Shown here piece after piece: positions 11,895 to 24,378 of a DNA stretch of 64,000 bases (its first letter is position 1; each line of letters begins with the position of its first letter). The notes under the pieces were generated by a model. That model had not been told where the DNA came from. It ran no database searches and saw only the letters and a program-made list of their open reading frames with translations. Origin of the DNA: Octopus vulgaris (lineage: Eukaryota); assembly GCA_951406725.2 (NCBI GenBank), contig OX597829.1, positions 52,018,001 to 52,082,000 on the forward strand, given 5' to 3'. A program made the position numbers and the translations under genes.

Positions 11895-13249
11895 CACACA
11901 TAGACATTCATATATAAAAACATAAATAATCATACACAAACACATACATATGCATACATACACACAAACACATGTCCTTTGTGTTCATTCCCATCTCCAA
12001 CCTACTGCACACAATCTATTCTCAATTGACAAACCTCCCCCCCACAACCCAGCTTCCAGACACCACCTTACCCCTCACCCACGTCTGCCACCCACTGCAT
12101 TCCCCTCCATTGTCTCTCATGGACCTGCCTGCACACTATAAGCCATCGTTGAATTTCTTCCCCCACAGCATATCCTTCCAATACCCACTACCCCTGCTAC
12201 TCTAGCTGTGCCCACACATCATGCTCCACCCCCACCTATCTACCACTCTCCTTTTGCAATCTCATAAGCCCACCCACCAACTCTCCCTCTTCAATAACCA
12301 GTCCACTCACCCCACCCCTACCCACCATATCTTCACCATTTTCTCTCTCCCCACTCCCATGTGAAGTAGCCATGATTTCCCCTCTAATGCAAGACCCCTT
12401 TTGCTCTCCCTCAATACTACTCCTCACCTCAGTTGAAGGGATCTTATTTTGCAAGTTACATGGCAACCTCACAAGTGCTGGTGCCACATAAAAAGCACCC
12501 AGTACACTCTGTAAAGTGGTTGGCATTAGGAAGGACGTCCAGCTATAGAACCATGTCAAAGCAGAGAGCAGAGCTTGGTGCAGTCATCTGGCTTTTCAGT
12601 TCCTGTCAAACCATCTGGGTTCAGACCCACTGTGTGGCACCTTGGGCAAGTATCTTCAACTACATCCTCAAACCAACCAAAGCCTTGTGAGTGCATTTGG
12701 AAGATGGAAAGTGAAAGAAGCTGTTATATACCATGATGATGATCATCATCATTTTATGTTCACTTACCATGCTGGTGTGAGTTGAGAGGTTTGACAGGAA
12801 ATGTCGAGTAAGAAGACTGCACCAATCCCTGCTATCTGCTTTGGCTTGGTTTCTTACAGATGGATGTCCTTCCTAATGCCAACCACTGTACAGAGTGTAC
12901 TGGGTGCTTATTATGTAGTACAGCCAATAAAAGGAGTTGCCATGAACTCACTGTAATGAGTGGGAAATCCAGTGTTTTGGACAATGTCCTTCCTTCTTCA
13001 GAGAAAAGTTGAAAAGAGGAAAATTAATGAGGCACAGCAGAGTTTTACATTTACTGACTGCAAATTAGAGGATGCACAACTGCTGTGTCTCATTAATTTC
13101 GCTCTTTTCAACCTTTCCCTGAAAAAGGACATTGTCCAAAACGTTGGATTTTCCACTCTTCACGGCAAGTTCATGGCAACTCATTTTATTAATTTTACCA
13201 TGTAATAGAAATTTTGATGATACGGACCAACACCAGCCTGTTTGATCAA

Positions 13250-13490
13250 GTGTGAGCGTGTGTGTATGTGTGCCTGTGAGTGTGTGTGTCTGTAAGTATG
13301 TGCATGTGTATGTGTGTGGGTGTGTGTCTGTCTGTGAATATGTGTATGCATGTGTGCCTGTGAGTGTGTGTGCATGTATGCTTGTCAGCATGTGTGTGTG
13401 TGTGTGTCTCTGTGAGCATGTGTATCTGTGAGTATGTGCATGTGTGTATGAGCATGTGTGTGTATGAGCATGTGTGTGTATGTGTGTTTG
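13250..13490. repeat. Degenerate (TG)n microsatellite in SINE centre
   Basis: Directly visible; source of the spurious His/Thr-rich ORFs. Confidence 0.9.
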
Positions 13491-13725
13491 CTGTCCCCCA
13501 ACCATTACTTGACAAATAGTATTGGTTTGTTTACATCCTTGTAACTTAGCAGTTCAGTAAAATGGACCAATAAACTAAGTAGCTAACTTAAAAAATAAGT
13601 GCTGGTGTTGATTAGTTTGAGTAAAAACCCTTCAAGGTGGTGCCCCAGCATGGCCACATTTCAATAACTGAAACAAATAAAAGATGGAAGATAGCAAACA
13701 AAACTAGTCAAATATTTCCAATTAC

Positions 13726-13837
13726 CTTTTTCTGCTAGCATCAAATTTGTCTGTAGTTCAGAATTCTTTAAATTGAGATCTTTGATCTGTTGAGATTGAC
13801 TTGTGGTTTTTAGAAACAATTCTTTGTTTTTATTCAT
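13726..13837 (-). CDS. OFD1: OFD1 exon (112 nt)
   Basis: ttgcag|ATG...AAAAG|gtaatt; MNKNKELFLKTTSQSQQIKDLNLKNSELQTNLMLAEK; phase 0/1. Confidence 0.9.
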
Positions 13838-14958
13838 CTGCAAAGAAACAAAACAACAATCACATCAGTTCTTAAAGATTCATTAATATTGGTTCCAAAT
13901 TATGCCACAAGGGCAGCAATTTTGCAGGAGGGATTTAGTTGGTTACAATGACCCCAGTACTTATTTTATTGACCCTGGAAAAATAAAAGGTAAACGTGAC
14001 CTTAGTGGATTTTGAACTCAGAATGTAAAGATGGAGGAAATGCTGCTAAGCATTCTGCCAGTTCGTTGCCTTAAAAGATTCATTAATATTAGATTCTAAA
14101 ATGGGCAAAAGACCTAATTATTTATTATTTTTTTTGTGAGAGGTTGGGCATAGTGAGTTCAGAAATATAAAATAAAAGGGTAAAGAGTAAAGACCCTCTT
14201 TGGTCATGAATGACCATAGGAATGCACTAAAAAGTTCCCCTCTGAAGCACTAGCCTGGGCAAGGTTGTTGATGCATACCAGCCTCCTCTCTCCACATCAC
14301 TGATGTTATCCAAGAGAAAGGCAAAGGCTAATACAGCTTGGCACCTGTGATGTCGCAACTCATTTCTACAGCTGAATAAATTTGAGGAATATGAAATAAA
14401 GTGTTTTGCTCAAGAACACAACACGCAACCTGGTCTGGGAATCAAACTCACTACCTCCTGAGCGTGAGCCTGATACTCTAACCACTGAGCCATGTGCCTT
14501 CATTGGAATATAAAGTACCAGTCATGTAACGGGGCTGATACAATTATTAAGCCCCTTCCTTCAAAATTGCTGGCCTTGTGCCTATATTAGAGAGTTCAAT
14601 GGATTTCTGAAACAACTTAGAAGTAAATGGGTGGAACCACTCATCATGATTGTGAGTAGGGAGGGACTCAGCCTGCTGCTTCCTCCTTGATGTTAGGAAG
14701 ATCAACCAGTTGTAGAAACCATCTCCAAGCAGCCCTTCAACCACTAGCATAGCTAGAGGGGTGTGGTCCACCCCACCCCCACCCCGGGAAGCATTTTTGG
14801 TCTGCTGTAGGCAATATGTAATTTTTTTTTGGAAGGCTGGGGGGTGGTAAACTGAAAGGCTTCCCTGGGCAGCACACACTCTAGCTACGCTAGTGCCTGC
14901 AGCTCCATGCATCTTGTCGAACCATCCAAACCATGCCAGCAAGGAAAATGGATGCTAA

Positions 14959-14994
<36 letters not shown>

Positions 14995-16398
14995 ATGATG
15001 ATGATGATGATGATGATGATAACATACAAGATGGATGGACAGAGTTGTTAGAATGTCAGAAAAACATATGCCTTGTGACATATGTTCCAGCTGTGTACAT
15101 TCTGAGTTCAATTTCTGCCAAGAAAAATTGTGCCTTTCATCTGTCTGGGGCTGATGAAATGAAATACCAGTGAAGAACTGGGATGACAAGTGATGACGCT
15201 GATGCTTAGATTCAAAACAGTTATTATTATTGTTGCTGTTGTTGTCTTGCTAGAGAGGAGGTACATGGCTGACCCTTATATACTGAGGTGGGTGGGAGGA
15301 GTTGAGAAGCAGATAAATGGAAGATAGTGATGGGGGGTGCCTGAACAAATTCTCAAGTTACAAGAAGGTGAGCATAAGTGGATCATGGGAGGGGAAGGAA
15401 GAGTGGATGCTCTCCTAGAGTGTGAGGGAGAGTAACAGATGGTGAAAGATGGAGGTGGAGGTGAATGCAGTGAGTAATAAACAAAAGAGGATGTGTGGAG
15501 AGGGTGAGGTGAGAGACATTGGGAGTGGTTCAGAGAGGAGGACAGATCAGAAAGTATCCGAATGATGTGCAAGGAGTAGGAGTGGTTGAGAAGGAGATAT
15601 AGAGGTATATAAGGGAGCTATAGTAAGTGGGGGGCGGGGTAGAAATGAGAAGGCAGAAAAGGAGAAGGGGGTTTAGAATAGAGTATAGCAAAGAAGAGAG
15701 ATCAGTGGTTGAGGGCACAAAAAGGAGGTGACTGGTGGAAATAACGTGGGTAGGGATATTGATGAGAAATAGAAGTGGTTCCAGGAAGGGAAGAGGGATG
15801 AAAGTAGATAGAAGGTAGGGGATGTAATATGGACCAATTCAGCTCTTAGATGATTACTACAGCTGAGTAGTACCATTTATAGGGAAGTTACAGGAATTGG
15901 GGGATAAGGATAGGGGAGGGGAAAGCTTGATGGAGAGGAGGGTTTGTATGTACAAGAAAACCAAGTGGTTTTAGGATACCAGTTTTGCTGTAACAGACAG
16001 GTCTCCTCAAGTAGAACAGATCGCTAATCATCTCAGTCCTCTGTCATTTCCTTATCATTTTAAGAATTTGAGGAGTTCTTTACTAATCTAAACAATATTG
16101 TTAGCCTGGTGTTTTTATTCTTTTTATTCTTTTATTTGTTTCAGTCATTTGACTGTGGCCATGCTGGAGCACCGCCTTTAGTTGAGCAAATCAACTCTAG
16201 GACTTATTCTTTGTAAGCCTAGTACTTATTCTATCTGTCACTTTTGCCAAACTGCTAAGTGATGGGGACGTAAACACACCAGCACCGGAACCATGTGGTT
16301 GGTAAGCAAGCCCTTTACCACACAGCCACTTCTGCGGTGTATTAAAGGAGATCTTATAAAGTATTTTGCATGGCTTGATAATCCCTCACTAGGACTGA

Positions 16399-16431
<33 letters not shown>

Positions 16432-16437
16432 TGAGAA

Positions 16438-16468
<31 letters not shown>

Positions 16469-16629
16469 AAGAGAGTGAGAGAGAGAGAGAGTTAACATAA
16501 AAAGTATAGAATGAGTGTGCATACTAGTCTTGGTAGCAGGCAATGAGTTAATGAATGCTGTGCATGTGCACATGCACACACACACACACACACATGCATG
16601 TATGTATGTACATATATTCATACACATAC

Positions 16630-16781
16630 CTCCTCCTGAAGCCTGCTGTCTAGTTTTTCTTTAAACTCTTCATATACGACTTTTTCTTGTTTTACATCGA
16701 ATCGACATCTTTCTGAGTTCTGTTTTGCAATCATTATTTCTTGATTCAGTTTGTAAATATCCTTAGCCATTTCTTCTTGAC
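16630..16781 (-). CDS. OFD1: OFD1 exon (152 nt)
   Basis: ccgcag|GTCAA...GAGGAG|gtatgt; QEEMAKDIYKLNQEIMIAKQNSERCRFDVKQEKVVYEEFKEKLDSRLQEE; phase 1/0. Confidence 0.9.
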
Positions 16782-17379
16782 CTGCGGAGACAACAACAAC
16801 AAAAAAAGTTACAGTCAATATCTCTATTTAATAAAAGCCAATATAAATATTGTTTGGCTGGTTGATTCCTGCAGTCAAGTTTCTACACTGTATAGGGAGA
16901 ATGAGAAAGAATGAGAGAGAGAGAGAGAGAGAGAGCAAAAGAGAAAAAGAGAGAGAGAATTAACATAAGAACTATGGAATGAGTGTGCATACTAGTCTTG
17001 GTAGCAGGCAATGAGTTAAGAAATGTTGTGTATGTGCAAGCATGCACACATGCGCGTGCGTGCAAGCACACACACACACACTGAGAAAGAGAATCCCAGA
17101 GACAGAGGAGGTGAAGGAATCATCACCACCATTTAATGTCTGTTGTCCATGCTGGCATGGATTCTACAGCTGGATACCCTTCCTAAAACATCAACTACTT
17201 TACAGAGTATGCTGGGTGCTTTCACATGGCACCAACACAGGACAGTTGCAGGACAATTCTCTTCATCAAAGAAAGCGGCCTTAACACTTCTGCCTAGGAG
17301 TTTGAGTCTTCTTGAGCACAACAAGGCGCCGGCATCTCAGTCCTTTGTCATCTCACCTGAAAAGTTAAGCGTTCTGGAA

Positions 17380-17414
<35 letters not shown>

Positions 17415-17456
17415 CATACACACACATATATATAGTAATTGAAGTATTATATCCAT

Positions 17457-17552
17457 TACAGCCGATCTTACCAATTGGTTTCACACTAGCAATTCAATGG
17501 TGTGTTTGGTAACAGTCCGATTATGTAATCCTGCACTCATCAGAGGTAGCCA
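17457..17552 (-). ncRNA. Hammerhead-ribozyme-like motif (type I) with complete core
   Basis: Minus strand reads CTGATGA, about 54 nt, GAAA-CCAATTGG-TA; stem III is the perfect palindrome ACCAATTGGT with a GUA triplet; stems I and II are imperfect. Confidence 0.55.
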
Positions 17553-18595
17553 TTATATATATGTATATAAATGAATGGATTTATTCCTATTTTTACAATA
17601 AGGCACCTACTGTTCCAGAAAAGTGGATATTTACTAGAATTCATTAGACGATAATTAATGTTGTTGTATTATACTGACCCTGAAAAGATGGCAGCCCAAG
17701 GTGGTCTTGGTGTGATCAGAAATCAGAATGTAAAGAAACATAACTGAAACCTACAAAAACATTTTGTCCTACATCCTGCTCATTCTATACCCTACTAACT
17801 TAAAAAGTTAATAACTATTTCTAAGATAAGGGCAGCGAGTGGGTAGAATTGCAAGCACGGTGGGGAAAATGCTTAGCAACATTTTGTCCATCTTTATGTT
17901 CTGAGTTCCAGTTCTGTCAAAGTCAACTTTGCCTTTCATCCTTGGGGAATCAATAAAATAAGCACCAGTTGAGCATTGAGGTGGATGCAATTTATTTACT
18001 CCCTCTCCTGTCTCCCTCTGAAATTGCTGGCCTTGTACCACAATTTGAAACCAATAAATATCTCTAAGATAGGTATCACAAGTCAGGGGAGAGGGTTGGT
18101 TGATTGAACGCTTTCAAGTACTTGACTGGTTCTTTACTTCATCGATCCCAGAAAGATGGAAAACAACATCATCATCATCATCATCATTTAATGTCGTCCT
18201 TCCATGCTGGCACGGGTTGGGCAGTTTGACAGGAGCTGGCTAGTTAGGAGCCCACACCAGACTTCTCTGTCTGTTTTAATATGGTTTTTACAGCTGGATG
18301 CCCTTCCAAATGCCAACCACTCGGTAGGGTAGGTTGAGTGCTTTTTATGTGGCACTCGCACAGTCGAGGTCAGTTTTGGCATGGTTTTTACAGCTGGATG
18401 CCCTTCCAAATGCCAACCACTTTACGGTGTGGACTGGATGTTTTTTTACATGGCACCTGCACTGGTGGGGGTCAACAAGTGACTTTACAAAACAAGTAGA
18501 ATTTTAATTTGGGGCTCAAAAAAAACTGTAACTAATTATCAAAAAGTATTTCCGGCTGATTTAATCTATTTTCAATTTATTCCAAATTTACTTAC

Positions 18596-18639
18596 GTGCT
18601 TGTAGTTCCTCTTTTTTCCGGATAGTTTCAGCATGGAGC
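18596..18639 (-). CDS. OFD1: OFD1 exon (44 nt)
   Basis: catcag|GCTC...AGCAC|gtaagt; LHAETIRKKEELQA(R); phase 2/1. Confidence 0.85.
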
Positions 18640-18869
18640 CTGATGAAAAAGAGAGACACATAATCATATAGAGCTGCTGATCATTTATTTACTTTCTTTT
18701 ACTTGTTGCAGTCATTTGAGTGTGGCCATGATGGGGCACCACCTTGAATGGTTTTTAGTCACACAGATCGACCCCAGGACTTACTTTTTAAGCCTAGTAC
18801 TTATTCTATCATCCTCTTTTGCTGAATTGCTAAGTTACAGGGATATAAAAACACCAACACAAATGCGCG

Positions 18870-18926
<57 letters not shown>

Positions 18927-18928
<2 letters not shown>

Positions 18929-19947
18929 CATCATCATCATCATCATCATCATCGTTTAACGTCCGCTTTCCGCGCTAGCACGGGTTGGACGGTTTGACCG
19001 GGTCTGGGAAGCCAGGGGCCGCTCCAGGCTCCAGTCTGAATCTGGCAGAGTTTCTACGGCTGGATGCCCTTCCTAACGCCAACCACTCCGTGAGTGGATT
19101 GGGTGCTTTTTACGTGCCACCTGCACAGGGGCCGGAGGGTCCGGCATCGTCACGATCGGATTCGAGCATTTTAACGTGTCAGCGGCACGGGGGCAACGAG
19201 GTCCGGGGTACTTTGGGGATTGGGGTATTTTGGGGATCCAGGGTACTTTGGGGATCCGGGGTACTTTGGGGATCCGGGGTACTTAGAATGGGTAGGGGGG
19301 TACTTAGAATGGGTAGGGGGTATGTGGAATTGCTGCAGAAAGCAGCCCGGGTCTTTGTAGTCACAGCATATCTCCAGAGATCTCGGTCCTTCGCCATTGC
19401 CTCAGTGAGGCCCAATGCTCTGAGGTCATGCTTGACCACCTCATCCCATGTCTTCCTGGGTCTACCTCTCCCCTGATACCTTCAACTGTTTGGGAGTGGC
19501 ACTTCTTCACACATCTCTCTTCATCCATCCGCAGCACATGACCATACCATCGCAAGCGTCGCTCTTGCACACCACATCTGATGCTTCTTATATCCAGCAT
19601 TTCTCTCAGGATACTTACACTCTGTTTTGCGTGCACACTGACACTACACATCCAGCGGATCATGCTAGCTTCATTTCTTTCAAGTCTACGCATGTCTTCT
19701 GCAGTCACAGCCCATGTTTCATTACCGTGAAGCATGGCAGTTCGCACACATGCATCATATAATCTACCTTTTGCTCTGAGGGAGAGGCCTTTTGTTGCCA
19801 GTAGGGGTAGGAGCTTTCTGAACTTTGCCCAGGCTATTCGTATTCTAGTGGTGATACTCTCTGTGCATCCACCTCCGCTACTAACTTGGTCTCCCAGGTA
19901 GCGGAAACTATCAACTACTTCTAGTTTCTCTCCCTGGAGTGTGATGG
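18927..19947 (-). mobile_element. Young 5'-truncated RTE-type LINE with 3' UTR and (GAT)n tail
   Basis: [22 protein letters not shown]...[12 protein letters not shown]...[11 protein letters not shown] with one frameshift; 18-bp minisatellite at about 19205-19322; 3' UTR matches the common SINE-like tail. Confidence 0.9.
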
Positions 19948-20012
19948 AATGTTGAGAGAAAGAGAAAAAGGGGAAAGGAGGAGAAGGGGATGAAACGTTA
20001 ATGCACACACAT

Positions 20013-20370
<358 letters not shown>

Positions 20371-20372
20371 TT

Positions 20373-21200
20373 ATTTCTATTCGTTGTTACTACGTTTATT
20401 CATACATTGTTACGAAAATTTAACCTTTTAAGGCTACTTTCAAGCCTTCGCCATAACTTGATTTATCTTTCTATCTCTCTCTCTACAAAATTTAACCTTA
20501 GGCGAGGCTACCTCAAGCCGTAATCCCATCTCTTCCCATCTCTTTCCATCTTTCAGCCATTTGGCGGTCTTTTTTCCTCCTCTTACCATTACGATTCTAC
20601 AATTTAAATTCCCAATTCAACTAACTTACTTCTTCAATTTCAACTCCCGACCGATGTCCGCAGCAAGTTCTTTAAAAATTTATCTTAATATTTCTATTCG
20701 TTGTTACTACGTTTATTCATACATTGTTACGAAAATTTAACCTTTTAAGGCTACTTTCAAGCCTTCGCCATAACTTGATTTATCTTTCTATCTCTCTCTC
20801 TACAAAATTTAACCTTAGGCGAGGCTACCTCAAGCCGTAATCCCATCTCTTCCCATCTCTTTCCATCTTTCAGCCATTTGGCGGTCTTTTTCCTCCTCTT
20901 ACCATTACGATTCTACAATTTAAATTCCCAATTCAACTAACTTACTTCTTCAATTTCAACTCCCGACCGATGTCCGCAGCAAGTTCTTTAAAAATTTATC
21001 TTAATATTTCTATTCGTTGTTACTACGTTTATTCATACATTGTTACGAAAATTTAACCTTTTAAGGCTACTTTCAAGCCTTCGCCATAACTTGATTTATC
21101 TTTCTATCTCTCTCTCTACAAAATTTAACCTTAGGCGAGGCTACCTCAAGCCGTAATCCCATCTCTTCCCTTCTCTTCCCATCTTTCAGCCATTGGCGGT
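20373..21200. repeat. Tandem repeat, 316-317 bp unit, about 2.6 near-identical copies
   Basis: atttctattcgttgttactacg starts at 20373, 20690 and 21006. Confidence 0.95.
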
Positions 21201-21211
21201 GCGCCCGCCCC

Positions 21212-21340
21212 CCACCCCCACCACCAATACCGATGAACACTGTTCTCACCCCCACCACCAATACCGGTGAACACTGTTCTCACCGCCAACACCACCAATA
21301 CTGGTGAACACTGTTCCTCACCCCCCACCACCAATACCAG
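21212..21340. repeat. Minisatellite, about 33-36 bp unit, about 3.5 copies
   Basis: caccaccaataccggtgaacactgttctcacc repeated. Confidence 0.9.
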
Positions 21341-21803
21341 TATACCCTGTCCTCACCATCTACACCGCATACGCCTTACTCATCTACACCGGGTACGCCC
21401 TACTCCCTCCTCCTCCCCCCACTACCCCTTCTCCTCATATGCTTTCACTGTGAAAAGACAAGCTGCTAGCGCCATAGCTCATCAACTGCCCACCGATCTT
21501 ACGCTTCCTCCTGACACTGCTTCATTCCGACTATCCCCCTTTAGCACCCTCCCGCCTCGTAATATCCTACGTTTTTATTTCTTAGGAACCTACACCAACC
21601 CTTCCTGCCATCGTTCCTCCTTACCCCAACCTTCCCCACTGGTTGCTCCCCTATATTACCCACCTCAACTGGACCCCCTCTCCCCAACTCAACTCTAGAA
21701 TATCTGTATTCTTTCCTCTACCTAATAACGTTACTCAGTGACGATAACGAATGTCTTTATTTCTTAGAAACCTACACCAACCCTTCCTTACTCAGTGACG
21801 ATA

Positions 21804-22186
21804 AATGCTGTGACTACAAAGACCCGGGCTGCTTTCTGCAGCAATTCCACATACCCCCTACTCATTATAAGTACCCCGGATCCCCAAAGTACCCTGGATC
21901 CCCAAAGTACCCCGGACCTCGTTGCCCCCGTGCCGCTGACACGTTAAAATGCTCGAACCGATCGTGACGATGCCGGACCCTCCGGCCCCTGTGCAGGTGG
22001 CACGTAAAAAGCACCCAATCCACTCACGGAGTGGTTGGCGTTAGGAAGGGCATCCAGCCGTAGAAACTCTGCCAGATTCAGACTGGAGCCTGGTGCGGCC
22101 CCTGGCTTCCCAGACCCGGTCAAACCGTCCAACCCGTGCTAGCGCGGAAAGCGGACGTTAAACGATGATGATGATGATGATGATGA
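21804..22186 (+). mobile_element. RTE LINE 3' end, inverted near-identical copy of 18927-19369
   Basis: Reverse-complement identity, including the distinctive minisatellite ccccggatccccaaagta. Confidence 0.9.
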
Positions 22187-22213
22187 TATATATATACATA
22201 TATACATATATAC

Positions 22214-22247
<34 letters not shown>

Positions 22248-22539
22248 ATGTGTGTGCATTAACGTTTCATCCCCTTCTCCTCCTCTCCCCTTTTTCTCTT
22301 TCTCTCAACATCCAATTCCTTCCCTTACATGAAGGAACCTACCCAGTATTCATTCTATATCGAGTGAAAAAACGGTATGGATGATTTGTTTTGGAGTCTA
22401 ATAATACCATGTACGCCTATGAAGATTTACAAACATACTTTCCCAATGATACTCGATTTACCTACCATTATAAACAATACCAAATGTTTTTTCTCAAACC
22501 TTTTATAATGTGATACAAGTCTTTGGTGTAGCAATTGCA

Positions 22540-22634
22540 TGCGGCTGAAGAAGGCTTTTGAACTATCTGTTATGTCGATTATGCATTGATGTAAGCATAA
22601 GTTGTTCTATAAAGCCCAAAACATATGTACCGCA
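22540..22634 (+). ncRNA. Hammerhead-ribozyme-like motif (type I) in probable Penelope-like pseudo-LTR
   Basis: Stem I tgcgg/ccgca, CTGAAGA, stem II ggcttt/aaagcc with inner gaac/gttc and ttatgc/gcataa, AAAA instead of GAAA, palindromic ACATATGT, GTA triplet. Confidence 0.65.
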
Positions 22635-22677
22635 ACATCCTTTGTGTCCTGTTTTTCATTTATTTCATTTGATACAT

Positions 22678-23080
22678 ACTCTTTTACTCTTTTACTTGTT
22701 TCAGTCATTTGACTGCGGCCATGCTGGAGCACCACCTTTAATCGAGCAACTCGACACCGGGACTTATTCTTTTGTAAGCCCAGTACTTATTCTATCGGTC
22801 TCTTTTGCCAAACCGCTAAGTAACGGGTACATAAACACACCAGCATCGGTTGTCAAGCAATGCTGGGGGGACAAACACAGACACACAAACACACACACGC
22901 ATATATATACATATATACGACGGGCTTCTTTCAGTTTCTGTCTACCAAATCCACTCACAAGGCTTTGGTCAACCCGAGGCTATAGTAGAAGACACTTGCC
23001 CAAGGTGCCACGCAGTGGGAATGAACCCGGAACCATGTGGTTGGTAAACAAGCTACTTACCACACAGCCACTCCTGCGCC
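22678..23080 (-). mobile_element. tRNA-derived SINE, full length
   Basis: Reverse complement of the 4862-5292 family. Confidence 0.85.
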
Positions 23081-23433
23081 TATATATATATATATATATA
23101 TAGGATGGGGTTCTTTCAGTTTCCATCTACCAAATCTACTCACAAGGCTTTAGTTGGCCTGAGGCTATAGTAGGAGTCACTTGCCCAATGTGTCTCACAG
23201 TGGGTCTGAACCCAGAACTATGTGGTTGGAAAGTAAGCTTCTTACCACACAGTCACTTATTTATTTATTTATGTGCAGATATAGCTATGAGGTGGAGAAG
23301 CTTGGTTCCCAACCATGTAGTTGAGGGTTCAGTCCCACTCTATTGCACCTTGGGCAAGTATCTTCTACTAAAGCCCTGATCTGACCAAAGCCTTGTGAGT
23401 GGATTTGGTAGATGTGAACTGGAAGAAGCCCAT

Positions 23434-23476
<43 letters not shown>

Positions 23477-23803
23477 TCATCATCATCATTTAATGCCTGT
23501 TTTCTGTGCTGGCATGGGTTGTACTATAAGGTGTGGCTGTGTGGTAAGAAGCTTGCTTACCAACCACATGGTTCTGGGCTCAGTTCCACTGCATGGCATC
23601 TCGGATAAGTGTCTTCCACTACAGCCTCGGGCTGACCAAAGCCTTGTGAGTAGATTTTGTAGACAGAAACTGAAAGAAGCCTATTGTATGTATATATGTT
23701 TGTGTTTGTCCTCCTACCATTGCTTGACAACTGAATTTGGTGTGTTTACGTCCCCGTAACTTAGCGGTTCAGCAAAAGTGATCGATAGAATAAGTACTAG
23801 GCT

Positions 23804-24128
23804 TACACATGGTTATTTAAACAGCATGATTATATTGGGAATAATCAGTAAACCTTCATTTATAAATGCCAGAACAACATTACTATGGCTTCTGGAAAAT
23901 GAAATATCATCGTCACTTCCAACACAGATCTGGTTTTTTCAATTTCTCAAACTGATATATGGTTAGTATCACTTTCTTTACTACGTATGGAACCTTAGAA
24001 TCCTTGTGAAAGAGGAAGTGGATTCTGCAGAAATCATTCTTATAAAATATATGAGATTCTGCACGAAGTCACATTACAATTGTTGAAAACTATAATGGAA
24101 AATTATCTGAAAAATAGAATAAATAACA
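23804..24128. repeat. Left arm of an inverted duplication of about 325 bp (partner 25401-25724), inserted inside a SINE
   Basis: Reverse-complement match; the SINE breaks at ...tactaggct and resumes at aagttctggggttg. Confidence 0.9.
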
Positions 24129-24266
24129 CAAAAGTTCTGGGGTTGATTTGTTTGACTAAAGGCAGTGCTCCAGCATGGCTGCAGTCAAATGACTGAAACA
24201 AAAAAATAAAAGAATATATTCGATTAATTAGAGAGGGACAGAAAATAGAAAATATGAGAATGTTTA

Positions 24267-24378
24267 TCGATCGCTACAATTATTTTGACCCATCTAGCAT
24301 TGATCCCTCACAGTAAGGATACTTAATAACTGGTTTAGGTGTATCTGTCGATGTAGATGTGTCTCTTCAGGTGATTGA
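24267..24378 (-). ncRNA. Hammerhead-ribozyme-like motif (type I, decayed)
   Basis: Minus strand: tcaatcac-CTGAAGA-gacacatctacatcga...tcaatgctagatgggtc-AAAA-taattg-TA-gcgatcga. Confidence 0.55.

Noticed and set aside
13065-13515. His/Thr-rich ORFs
   Set aside because: Translation of a degenerate (CA)n repeat.
15270-15960. Purine-skewed region, possibly a decayed Penelope ORF (similar skew at about 11970-12360)
   Set aside because: Only vague motif resemblance; cannot be supported without a profile search.
21267-21698. 143-aa Pro/Thr-rich plus-strand ORF
   Set aside because: Starts in a minisatellite, has low complexity, no recognisable domain and no splice context.
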